From assembly GCA_041661545.1 (NCBI GenBank), contig JBAZUH010000001.1, forward strand, positions 608,148-672,147: a stretch of 64,000 nt of DNA. Reading direction: 5' to 3'. The DNA is from Candidatus Staskawiczbacteria bacterium (GTDB lineage: Bacteria > Patescibacteriota > Minisyncoccia > Minisyncoccales > Staskawiczbacteraceae). How positions within the stretch are numbered: the stretch's first letter is position 1; each line of letters begins with the position of its first letter. The position numbers and the translations under genes were made by a program. Below the pieces are notes generated by a model. It did not search any database. It saw only the letters and a program-made list of their open reading frames with translations, and had not been told where the DNA came from. This document shows positions 1 to 8,129 of this stretch, in pieces.

Positions 1-2
1 TA

Positions 3-1673
3 GAAATTGATGGGGTAAGTTTTAAGCCATATGCTTACAGAAAAGTAGCAGTTGTTTTAGAAACCCTAGAAAAGGATGTTAGCGAAATATATAGAAATGG
101 GGGAATTAAAGCACTTTGTGAAATTGCTGGGGTTGGCCAAGGGATAGCTATGGCCATAGAAGAGTATTTAAAAACAGGTAAAATAAAACATTTTGAAGAT
201 ATAAAGAAAAAACTACCCTTAAAAGTAGATGAATTATTGAGAGTGGAAAGCTTAGGTCCTAAAAAAATAAAAATATTATATCAAAAATTAGGAATTAAAA
301 ATTTAAAAGATTTAGAAAAACTGGCTAAGGAACATAAAATAGCGCCCCTTTTTGGTTTTGGAGAAAAAACGGAAAAAAACATCTTGCAAGGTTTAGAATT
401 CTTAAAACGAGATAAAGGAAGATTCTTAATACATGAAATATTACCCATTGCTAGAAATGTAATTGAAAAGTTAAGAAATTTAAAAGAAGTTGATGAAATT
501 AGTTTAGCAGGTTCTGCGCGTAGAAGAAAAGAGACAATTGGAGATGTAGACATTTTAGTTGTTTCAAAAAAGCCTATTAAAGTAATGGATTATTTTGTAA
601 AGTTAGATGGAGTTGAAAAAATATGGGCACAAGGCAAAACAAAATCATCTGTTAGAATGAGGGCTGGTTTTGATATGGACTTGAGAGTTTTGCCTAAAGC
701 AAGCTATGGTTCAGCTTTACAATATTTTACTGGCTCAAAAGATCATAATATTGCTACAAGAAAAATTGCTATTGAAAAGGGTTTAAAATTATCAGAATAT
801 GGCGTTTTTAAGGGTAAAAAAAGAATTGCTGGTAGAACAGAAGAAGATATTTATAAAGCCATTGGTTTGCCATATATAGAGCCAGAGCTTCGTGAAAATG
901 AAGGAGAAATACAAACAGCCCTAAACAACAAGTTGCCTAAAATTATTAGTTATAACGATATTAAGGGAGATTTGCATTGTCATTCAAATTGGAATGGGGG
1001 AAAAGACTCTATAGAAGAAATGGCAAGAACAGCAATGGCTTTGGGGTATGAGTATATAGGTATTTCTGATCACACAAAGTTTTTAAAAATTGAACATGGG
1101 TTAGATGAAAAACAATTATTAAAACAACACGAAGCTATTAAAAAACTTAATAAAAAGTTTAAAGACTTAGGTTATAAGCTTAGGGTTTTGCACGGATGTG
1201 AAGCTAATATTTTAAACGATGGATCAGTTGATATTAAAGATGAAGTTTTAGAAAAATTAGATTATGTTATTGCGGGTGTGCATTCGACTTTAAAAATGGA
1301 TAAAACAGAAATGACAACTAGAATTGAAAAAGCTATGAGAAATAAAAATATAGATATATTGGCTCATCCAACGGGAAGAATTGTTGGCCAAAGAGACGAA
1401 TATAATGTAGATTTTGATAAAATATTAAAAATAGCCAAAGAAACCGGCACTATTTTAGAAATTAATTCTTCTTCTAGATTAGATTTAAGAGATTTTTATA
1501 TTAGAAGAGCTAAAGTAGGGGGAGTAAAAATGATAATAAATACAGATAGTCATAAAAAAGAGCAGTTAAAACTAATGGAATATGGAATAAGTCAGGCAAG
1601 AAGAGGCTGGGCAGAGAAAGGAGATATAATTAATACGCAGTCACTTGTAGGTTTGCTTAAATATTTTAAATAA
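3..1673 (+). CDS. polX: Family X DNA polymerase with C-terminal PHP domain (PolX), 5' end cut by window edge
   Basis: The frame of ORF 150..1673 stays open back to nt 3 (EIDGVSFKPYAYRKVAVVLE...). It has the nucleotidyltransferase motif GSARRRKETIGDVDILV and PHP motifs GDLHCHSNWNGG and ISDHT. Confidence 0.85.
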   Translation, partial: EIDGVSFKPYAYRKVAVVLETLEKDVSEIYRNGGIKALCEIAGVGQGIAMAIEEYLKTGKIKHFEDIKKKLPLKVDELLRVESLGPKKIKILYQKLGIKNLKDLEKLAKEHKIAPLFGFGEKTEKNILQGLEFLKRDKGRFLIHEILPIARNVIEKLRNLKEVDEISLAGSARRRKETIGDVDILVVSKKPIKVMDYFVKLDGVEKIWAQGKTKSSVRMRAGFDMDLRVLPKASYGSALQYFTGSKDHNIATRKIAIEKGLKLSEYGVFKGKKRIAGRTEEDIYKAIGLPYIEPELRENEGEIQTALNNKLPKIISYNDIKGDLHCHSNWNGGKDSIEEMARTAMALGYEYIGISDHTKFLKIEHGLDEKQLLKQHEAIKKLNKKFKDLGYKLRVLHGCEANILNDGSVDIKDEVLEKLDYVIAGVHSTLKMDKTEMTTRIEKAMRNKNIDILAHPTGRIVGQRDEYNVDFDKILKIAKETGTILEINSSSRLDLRDFYIRRAKVGGVKMIINTDSHKKEQLKLMEYGISQARRGWAEKGDIINTQSLVGLLKYFK

Positions 1674-1693
1674 ATCTGATATAATAATAAATT

Positions 1694-2167
1694 ATGCCAA
1701 AAGAAAAATCAGCAGGAGCCATAATATATAGAGTTGAAAATAATATTACTTATTATTTGCTTTTACATTATGGGCCTGGTCATTGGGGCTTTGCCAAGGG
1801 GCACATTGAAGGTAGTGAAACCGAAGAACAAACAACAATAAGGGAAGTTAAAGAAGAAACAGGCATTGATGACCTTAAAATAATTCCTGGGTTTAAAAAA
1901 ATAGAAAAATATTTTTTTAGACAATACATAGACAATGTTTCACAAAAGGATAGAAAAAAAGGAAAGACTCCATGGGTTTTTAAATTAGTCACATTTTTTT
2001 TGGCAGAAACAAAAACAAAAGAAGTAAAAATTTCTCACGAGCATAAAAATTTTATTTGGTTGCCGATTAATGAGGCTATTAAAAAAACAACTTTTAAAAA
2101 TTCAAAAAAACTTTTAAAAGAAGCACACGATTATTTAATTGAAATTGGCGTTGTCAAAAGTTTGTAA
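1694..2167 (+). CDS. NUDIX hydrolase (Ap4A-hydrolase-like)
   Basis: Nudix box GHIEGSETEEQTTIREVKEETGI. Confidence 0.8.
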   Translation: MPKEKSAGAIIYRVENNITYYLLLHYGPGHWGFAKGHIEGSETEEQTTIREVKEETGIDDLKIIPGFKKIEKYFFRQYIDNVSQKDRKKGKTPWVFKLVTFFLAETKTKEVKISHEHKNFIWLPINEAIKKTTFKNSKKLLKEAHDYLIEIGVVKSL

Positions 2168-2194
2168 ATTATTATAATGTTTTTAAATAAAATG

Positions 2195-2213
2195 GGCGCT
2201 ACGGCGTCTTTTT
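2195..2213 (+). terminator. Weak intrinsic terminator after the NUDIX gene
   Basis: The hairpin GGCGC-TACG-GCGTC has 5 bp including one G-U pair, and is followed by TTTTT. Confidence 0.35.
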
Positions 2214-2229
2214 ACTTATATTTAATTTT

Positions 2230-2712
2230 ATGGTAACAAGAAGGTGTCAACAGCTCATTAACATTATGAACACTAAGCCAACGCTTTATAATCTTCTTAG
2301 AAGTAGAAACCAGCAAGGATTTGTTCTTGCAGTGGGTTATTATTTGGAGCTTGTCCATGATTCTGCAGGAATGTTGCCCATCGTTGAAAGTGACTCTGGG
2401 CAAATGGTTATAGCAACAGATATAAATTTGCTGAAACGAGTGTGTCGCACATTGCCACCCAGGAAGTTCAAGTTGGGGATTCAGCTTGTTTATATCAATT
2501 CCAAAACAGGAAGGGCATATTCTATACTGGGGTATGATAAAAGGGCTCTGATAAGAGCAACCCCGTTCCAAAGTCTTACGGACTCACGCTTCAGAAAGCT
2601 TAGTAAGAAACGCGGGGCTTTCAAGTGGTGCTCACAATGGCCAAGTGGCCTCGTCGAAGAGATTAGCATAAAGGATTTTCAAACAGCCATTAATTTTTTG
2701 CCTCAACAATAG
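2230..2712 (+). CDS. Hypothetical protein, compositionally atypical (start may be the ATG at 2272)
   Basis: A 160-aa ORF with no recognisable motif. It is more GC-rich than its neighbours and is bracketed by terminators at about 2195 and 2741. The antisense ORF 2212..2571 looks less protein-like. Confidence 0.45.
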   Translation: MVTRRCQQLINIMNTKPTLYNLLRSRNQQGFVLAVGYYLELVHDSAGMLPIVESDSGQMVIATDINLLKRVCRTLPPRKFKLGIQLVYINSKTGRAYSILGYDKRALIRATPFQSLTDSRFRKLSKKRGAFKWCSQWPSGLVEEISIKDFQTAINFLPQQ

Positions 2713-2740
2713 TTGATTGTTTGGGGCCTTTTTTTGTAAT

Positions 2741-2770
2741 AAAAAACCGGCCGAGTTGGCCGGTTTTTTT
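2741..2770. terminator. Bidirectional intrinsic terminator
   Basis: AAAAAACCGGCC-GAGTT-GGCCGGTTTTTTT has an 8-bp GC stem flanked by an A-run and a T-run. It lies between the convergent hypothetical gene and rplT. Confidence 0.7.
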
Positions 2771-3119
2771 ATTTTGTTTTTACAGCTTCTACTATTTTTA
2801 TAAATACTTCTGGGTGTTGGTTGGCTAATTCTGACAAAACTTTTCTATCTATTTCTATTTTATGTTTTTTTAATGCGTTAATAAATTTACTATATGTTAT
2901 GCCATTTTCTCTGGCCAATGCATTAATTTGTAAATTCCATAAACCTCTAAAAGTTCTCTTTTTTACTTTTCTATCTCTATATGCATAAGTCCAAGCATGC
3001 CTTAATGCATCTTTTGCTAATTTAAATTTTGATTTTCTTCCGTACGAAAAACCTTTCGCATGTTTCATTAAATGCTTTCTGTGCTTGCGGGCTTGTACGG
3101 CTCTTTTTATTCTTGACAT
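2769..3119 (-). CDS. rplT: 50S ribosomal protein L20
   Basis: MSRIKRAVQARKHRKHLMKHAKGFSYGRK... is a typical L20 sequence, in the infC-rpmI-rplT order. Confidence 0.95.
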   Translation of the reverse strand: MSRIKRAVQARKHRKHLMKHAKGFSYGRKSKFKLAKDALRHAWTYAYRDRKVKKRTFRGLWNLQINALARENGITYSKFINALKKHKIEIDRKVLSELANQHPEVFIKIVEAVKTK

Positions 3120-3124
3120 GATTC

Positions 3125-3313
3125 TTATTTAGTTAAATATTTTTTAAGATGTTGTGCTTCAACCTTTGAAAGGGGAATCCATTTTCTGCCCTTTCTTTTT
3201 TGTTCACCAGTTCTTTTAGATCTATAGTGGTTTTGACCAACTGCTCTTCTTAAAATCTTACCATTCTTGGTGATTTTAAATCTTTTTACTAAAGCTTTTT
3301 TTGTTTTATTCAT
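3125..3313 (-). CDS. rpmI: 50S ribosomal protein L35
   Basis: A 62-aa basic protein (KALVKRFKITKNGKILRR) lying between infC and rplT. Confidence 0.9.
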   Translation of the reverse strand: MNKTKKALVKRFKITKNGKILRRAVGQNHYRSKRTGEQKRKGRKWIPLSKVEAQHLKKYLTK

Positions 3314-3320
3314 TTTTCTA

Positions 3321-3827
3321 TTACTGTTTAGAGACTATCATAGTGAATCCTCTTGGTTCACGCTTCAACTCCCTCTCAGTTTTAATTGGTATTAATGAAT
3401 TTAAATTTTCTAAAAATAATTTTACTTTATCAGTGGCAAATTGTCCCATTGCTTTTTCTCTTCCCCTTAAAGACATATTTATTTTTACTTTATCACCTTC
3501 TTCTAAAAATTTCTTTGCTTGTTTGGCCCTTGTTTCCATGTCGTGTGGAGAAATATTAAAAGTTAATCTTATTTCTTTTAACTCTCCACCTCTTGGTTTT
3601 GATATTTTCTTTTCTTTCTTTTGTTGCTGATAAAGATATTTTCCGTAATTGGCTATTCTGCAAACAGGTGGTTCAACTTTTTCGGTTACTTGAATTAAAT
3701 CTAGCCCCTTTGACTTTGCTAAATCAATTGCAGAGAATATATTTATAACGCCAAGTTGCTCGCCTGTTTCAGAAATTACTCTAACCTCTTTAGCCCTTAT
3801 GAAATTGTTGATTAATATTTTGTCCAA
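3321..3827 (-). CDS. infC: Translation initiation factor IF-3, non-AUG (TTG) start
   Basis: INNFIRAKEVRVISETGEQLGV...PPVCRIANYGKYLY is typical IF-3. The first in-frame start codon is TTG (plus-strand caa at 3825..3827). Confidence 0.9.
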   Translation of the reverse strand: MDKILINNFIRAKEVRVISETGEQLGVINIFSAIDLAKSKGLDLIQVTEKVEPPVCRIANYGKYLYQQQKKEKKISKPRGGELKEIRLTFNISPHDMETRAKQAKKFLEEGDKVKINMSLRGREKAMGQFATDKVKLFLENLNSLIPIKTERELKREPRGFTMIVSKQ

Positions 3828-3841
3828 TGTATTTTTATTAG

Positions 3842-4186
3842 TGGAGATGGCGGTTTTGAAACCGCGTCTGAAAAGTTTTTAAAAGCAATTCTACAAGTTT
3901 AGTTAGTTTTTATGTTCGAGCGTTAAATAAAGAACTAACAAAATTTTTAACGCCTTATCTCCTTAGTTTCAATAGTTTTTCGGAGAATCAAACTATCTAT
4001 CCTGATAATATAACACCTTTATTCACCTATCAGGAGTGGATGATAAAGATGCCGCATTAAGCGTATGCTAACGCAGGTTGCTTATTAAATAAATTAGCAA
4101 TTATGTTTTTTCCAAAATATTAGCGAGCTCTTGGAAAGCTCAACTTGCCTTACTTAAAAGAACTAGTCATCGAAACATTCATCCCC
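3842..4186 (-). ncRNA. ssrA: tmRNA (SsrA)
   Basis: The 5' GGGGATG pairs with the 3' CATCTCC+A, giving an acceptor stem with the G3-U70 alanine identity pair. The 3' end GACGCGGTTTCAAAACCGCCATCTCCA matches the tmRNA T-arm/acceptor consensus. An internal tag ORF GCT AAT TTA TTT AAT AAG CAA CCT GCG TTA GCA TAC GCT TAA (4098..4057) encodes ANLFNKQPALAYA*. The gene lies directly downstream of smpB. Confidence 0.85.
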
Positions 4187-4199
4187 GCATTTACGGAAA

Positions 4200-4664
4200 T
4201 TACTCCGATAATTCACGATTAACCTCCATGTCTGTATCTCGCTTCTTTATTTTCTCTTTTTTGTCGTATTTTTTCTTTCCACGAGCTAATCCGAATTCGA
4301 GTTTTATTCTACCACTCTTCTCGTAAACTTTCAAGGGTATAAGGGAAAAACCCTTAGTTTTGGTCTTTCCCATTAAATAATCTATCTCTTTTTTGTTTAA
4401 AAGTATTTTTTTAGATCTTTCATCATTATAGTCTGCTCCAGCATTATTGGGTTGGTAGGGGGGCACTTTTACGCCCACTAAAAATGGTTCGCCCCTACTA
4501 AAAGATACATAAGAGCCAGATAAATTGATATGTCCGGTTTTTATAGATTTTACCTCTTGGCCAAACAAAACCAGCCCAGCCTCAAATTTTTCTAGGATTT
4601 CATAATCAAACCCCGCCTTCTTATTTTCACTATAGATTTTCATTAGATTTACTTTATCACTCAT
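4200..4664 (-). CDS. smpB: SsrA-binding protein SmpB
   Basis: NKKAGFDYEILEKFEAGLVLFGQEVKSIK is typical SmpB. I prefer the ATG at 4664 over the TTG at 4679. Confidence 0.9.
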   Translation of the reverse strand: MSDKVNLMKIYSENKKAGFDYEILEKFEAGLVLFGQEVKSIKTGHINLSGSYVSFSRGEPFLVGVKVPPYQPNNAGADYNDERSKKILLNKKEIDYLMGKTKTKGFSLIPLKVYEKSGRIKLEFGLARGKKKYDKKEKIKKRDTDMEVNRELSE

Positions 4665-4720
4665 TTTTAGGTATCGCAAGCTTTATTTTTTGGTGAAAAT
4701 AATATAAACTAATAGAAAAC

Positions 4721-5398
4721 ATGAATAATAATACAATTATAATATCTTTGGGCGGGTCGTTGGTGGTTCCAAATGAAATAGATTTAAATTTTTTAAATAA
4801 TTTTAAAAATTCGTTAGAGAAATATTTAAAAAACCACAAATTTCTAATCTTAGTAGGAGGTGGCAAAATAGCTAGAAATTATCAAAAAGCACTTTTAGAA
4901 TTTGGAGCTACTGATAACAATAGAGATTGGATAGGAATTAATGTTACCAAATTAAATGCCGAGTTGGTAAAACAAGCATTTTTAAAAGACTGTTATGAAA
5001 AAGTTATTACTAACCCAAATAATAAAGCAAAGACTAATAAAAAAATTATAGTTGGTGCTGGTTGGAAGCCAGGTTGTTCAACAGATTACGATGCTGTTTT
5101 AATGGCAAAAACTTATAATATAAAAACCATAGTTAATTTAAGTAATATTGATTATGTTTATGACAAAAACCCTAGCCAATTTTCTGATGCTAAACCACTA
5201 GAAAGTATTGATTGGTCTAGTTTTTTAAAAATTGTAGGAGATAGGTGGAGTCCAGGATTAAATATGCCCTTTGACCCTAGAGCATCAAAGTTAGCCCAAA
5301 AATTGAAATTAAAAGTAGCGGTAATTAATGGAAAAAATTTAGATGAGTTAGAAAACTTTTTAAACAATAAGTCGTTTATTGGTACAACTATACAATGA
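4721..5398 (+). CDS. pyrH: Uridylate (UMP) kinase, archaeal-type amino-acid-kinase fold
   Basis: IISLGGSLVVP...LVGGGKIARNY matches the short archaeal-type PyrH pattern. Confidence 0.7.
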   Translation: MNNNTIIISLGGSLVVPNEIDLNFLNNFKNSLEKYLKNHKFLILVGGGKIARNYQKALLEFGATDNNRDWIGINVTKLNAELVKQAFLKDCYEKVITNPNNKAKTNKKIIVGAGWKPGCSTDYDAVLMAKTYNIKTIVNLSNIDYVYDKNPSQFSDAKPLESIDWSSFLKIVGDRWSPGLNMPFDPRASKLAQKLKLKVAVINGKNLDELENFLNNKSFIGTTIQ

Positions 5399-7092
5399 TA
5401 AAGGACGAGATTAAAAATTTAATAGAAAAGGCAATTAAAGATTTTACAAAAGAATTGGTTAGTTTTTCAGTTGAAATGCCTAGCGACAAAAATAATGGAG
5501 ATTACTCTACTAACGTTGCATTAATTCTATCTAAAAAATTAGGAAAAAACCCAGCAGAAGTTGCAAATGAAATAAAAGAAAAAATTGGGGAGAATAAATT
5601 ATTTTCAAAAATAGAAGTTGCTGGGCCAGGGTTTGTTAATTTTTTTGTTGCAGACAAAGTTTTTATTGATATTTTAAAAGATGTTGATAAAAATTATGGT
5701 AAAACCAAAAGCTTTGATCATAGTAAAAAAATTATTATTGACTACACAGACCCTAATCCATTTAAGGAGTTTCATATTGGGCACTTAATGAGCAATGCTA
5801 TCGGAGAATCGCTATCTAGAATTTTTGAATTTCAGGGAGCAAAAATAAAAAGAGTTTGCTATCAAGGCGATGTTGGTTTGCACGTGGCAAGCGTTATAGC
5901 TGAAAAACTCTGGACGCAGAAAGATGACGAGATTGGCGTTTGGGTTGATGGGCTTTCAGGCACCGCTATCGCATATGTCGGAGGCGTTAAAAGAAGCAAA
6001 GAAGACTCAGAATTTACTGAATTTGTAAAAAAAGTTAATAAAAAAATTTACGATAGGACAGACCCAGAGGTTAATAAACTTTATGATTCAGGTAAAGAAT
6101 TAAGCTTAAAACATTTTGATGAAATTTATAAAAAGCTCGGCACAAAATTCGATTGGCTGATATTTGAAAGTGAGACAGGACCGGTTGGCAAAAGAATTGT
6201 AGAGAAGGGTTTGAAGAATGAGATTTTTGAAAGAGGCGATAAGGGATCGATTATTTTTAAAGGAGAAGAATATGGATTGCACACACGAGTTTTTATAAAC
6301 TCCGAAGGCTTGCCAACATACGAGGCAAAAGACTTAGGACTGGCCGAAATAAAATACAAAAAATATAAATATGATAAATCTGTTATTATAACAGGCAACG
6401 AAGTTAATGACTATTTTAAAGTTATGCTCTGTGCCATGGATAAAGTTTTACCAGATTTAGCTAAAAAAACAAAACACATTAGCCACGGCATGTTACGTTT
6501 GCCCGAAGGTAAAATGTCTTCTCGTACAGGAAAAGTTATTACAGGAGAGTCATTAATAGAACAAGTTCAAGAGTTAGTAAAAGAAAAAATTAAAGATAGA
6601 AATTTGTCTGAACAAGAAAGCAAAGAAATTATAGAGAGCGTAGCCATTGGAGCTATAAGATATTCTATATTAAAGCAATCTGCAGGAAGCGATATTATTT
6701 ATGATTTTGATAAATCAATTTCTTTTGATGGCGATTCTGGACCATATTTACAATATGCATATACTCGAGCACAATCTGTGTTGCAAAAAGCGAAAGATGA
6801 AGGCGTAAAAACTAGTTTTAAGAAATTGCCAAGTGAAATTACACAACTAGAAAAAATGATAAGTTATTTCCCAGAAGCCATATTGCGAGCAGAGCAGAAT
6901 TACGAGCCTCATTTTATAGCCTTATATCTTACAGAACTTGCTGGAATATTTAACAATTATTACTCAAAAAATAAGATTGTAGATGTGGCAGACGAGCTTT
7001 CGCCCTATAGGATTGCTTTAACAGAGGCCTTTTCTGTAGTTATGAAAAACGGCTTGTGGATGCTGGGAATAAAAACTTTAAAAAAAATGTGA
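5395..7092 (+). CDS. argS: Arginine--tRNA ligase
   Basis: The class I HIGH-type motif FHIGHLMSNAIGESL, the overall length, and the C-terminal ...LKKM all fit ArgRS. Confidence 0.92.
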   Translation: MIKDEIKNLIEKAIKDFTKELVSFSVEMPSDKNNGDYSTNVALILSKKLGKNPAEVANEIKEKIGENKLFSKIEVAGPGFVNFFVADKVFIDILKDVDKNYGKTKSFDHSKKIIIDYTDPNPFKEFHIGHLMSNAIGESLSRIFEFQGAKIKRVCYQGDVGLHVASVIAEKLWTQKDDEIGVWVDGLSGTAIAYVGGVKRSKEDSEFTEFVKKVNKKIYDRTDPEVNKLYDSGKELSLKHFDEIYKKLGTKFDWLIFESETGPVGKRIVEKGLKNEIFERGDKGSIIFKGEEYGLHTRVFINSEGLPTYEAKDLGLAEIKYKKYKYDKSVIITGNEVNDYFKVMLCAMDKVLPDLAKKTKHISHGMLRLPEGKMSSRTGKVITGESLIEQVQELVKEKIKDRNLSEQESKEIIESVAIGAIRYSILKQSAGSDIIYDFDKSISFDGDSGPYLQYAYTRAQSVLQKAKDEGVKTSFKKLPSEITQLEKMISYFPEAILRAEQNYEPHFIALYLTELAGIFNNYYSKNKIVDVADELSPYRIALTEAFSVVMKNGLWMLGIKTLKKM

Positions 7093-7670
7093 TGAAGTTA
7101 AATAATAAATATTATTTATTACGTCATGGGCAAGCAGTATCTAACGCAAAACATATTGTTTCTTGTTGGCCAGAAAAATTTAATAACCCTCTTACCAAAA
7201 AAGGTATTCAAAAAATTGAAAGTGTTGCTAAAAAATTTAAAAATAAAAAAATAGATTTGATTTTTGTTTCTCCGTTGTTTCGAACACAGCAAACGGCAGG
7301 GATAGTTGCTAAGGTTGTAAAAATAAAACCCAAAACAGATAAGAGGTTGCGAGAATTAGAATTTGGAATATTCAATGGAGGGCCCGTAAAAGATTTTATG
7401 GAATATTTTAAAAGTAAAAAAGAAAGAGTAAATAAACCAGCTCCAAAAGGGGAGAATTATAACCATATTTTAAAAAGAGTTTTAAGCTTTTTTAAGGAGA
7501 TTAATAAAAAATATAAAAATAAAAATATTTTAATAGTAAGTCATCAAGCTCCTCTTTTACTTTTATTGGGTAAAATACATAAAAATTCCATATCTGAAAG
7601 TATGGATGGATTAATAAATATAACTGGCGAGAAGGAAATAGTGCCGGGGCAATTAATAGAATTAAACTAA
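7092..7670 (+). CDS. Histidine phosphatase family protein (phosphoglycerate-mutase-like)
   Basis: The RHG motif YYLLRHGQAVSN is present. The ATG at 7092 overlaps the argS stop (TGATG). Confidence 0.7.
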   Translation: MKLNNKYYLLRHGQAVSNAKHIVSCWPEKFNNPLTKKGIQKIESVAKKFKNKKIDLIFVSPLFRTQQTAGIVAKVVKIKPKTDKRLRELEFGIFNGGPVKDFMEYFKSKKERVNKPAPKGENYNHILKRVLSFFKEINKKYKNKNILIVSHQAPLLLLLGKIHKNSISESMDGLINITGEKEIVPGQLIELN

Positions 7671-7677
7671 AAATTGT

Positions 7678-8124
7678 ATGTTGGAGAAAAGACACAAAGT
7701 TTTAGCTGCTAGTTATTTAGTCTTAATAAAAGATGGAAAAATTCTAATGTTGCGTAGATTCAACACTGGCTACAAAGATGGAAATTATAGTTTGCCTGCT
7801 GGTTGTGTTAATAAGGGAGAAACATTCACGCAATGTGTTATTAGAGAGGCTATGGAGGAAACAGGCATATTAATGGATCATAAAGCAGTAAAGGTTGCAC
7901 ATGTGATGCACAGGTACGACGAATCATTATTAGAAAATGAGACCGTTGATGTATTTTTTACAACAGATAAGTGGGATGGTGAAGCTACAAATAAAGAACC
8001 CGAAAAATGCGACGATTTGTCTTGGTTTGATTTAGAAAGTCTACCAGAGAACGCCCTTCCTCATGTTAAGCTGGCGTTAGAAAATATTAAAAATAAAGTA
8101 ATTTACAGCGAAATTGGCTGGTAA
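7678..8124 (+). CDS. NUDIX hydrolase
   Basis: Nudix box GCVNKGETFTQCVIREAMEETGI. Confidence 0.8.
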   Translation: MLEKRHKVLAASYLVLIKDGKILMLRRFNTGYKDGNYSLPAGCVNKGETFTQCVIREAMEETGILMDHKAVKVAHVMHRYDESLLENETVDVFFTTDKWDGEATNKEPEKCDDLSWFDLESLPENALPHVKLALENIKNKVIYSEIGW

Positions 8125-8129
8125 CAATA

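Noticed and set aside
281-553. Antisense or shadow ORFs throughout the ORF track, for example 281..553(-), 8289..8498(-), 10454..10954(-), 22495..22830(-), 49457..49885(-), 51917..52351(-), 46268..46681(+) and 3301..3630(+).
   Set aside because: Each lies entirely opposite or inside a gene with clear family motifs. Their translations are low-complexity (Ser/Phe/Leu/Ile-rich), as expected from the reverse strand of AT-rich coding sequence.
2212-2712. The possibility that this GC-rich stretch is RNase P RNA, SRP RNA or another known structured RNA.
   Set aside because: I could not find the universally conserved RNase P (GAGGAAAGUCC-like) or SRP (GGAAG/AGCAG) motifs on either strand. A 160-codon ORF with plausible amino-acid composition spans it.
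7090-7092. Alternative genetic code (UGA read as an amino acid, as in some CPR lineages).
   Set aside because: argS and ileS end at TGA exactly where their family alignments end, with the next genes starting in ATGA/TGATG overlaps. The standard code 11 fits.
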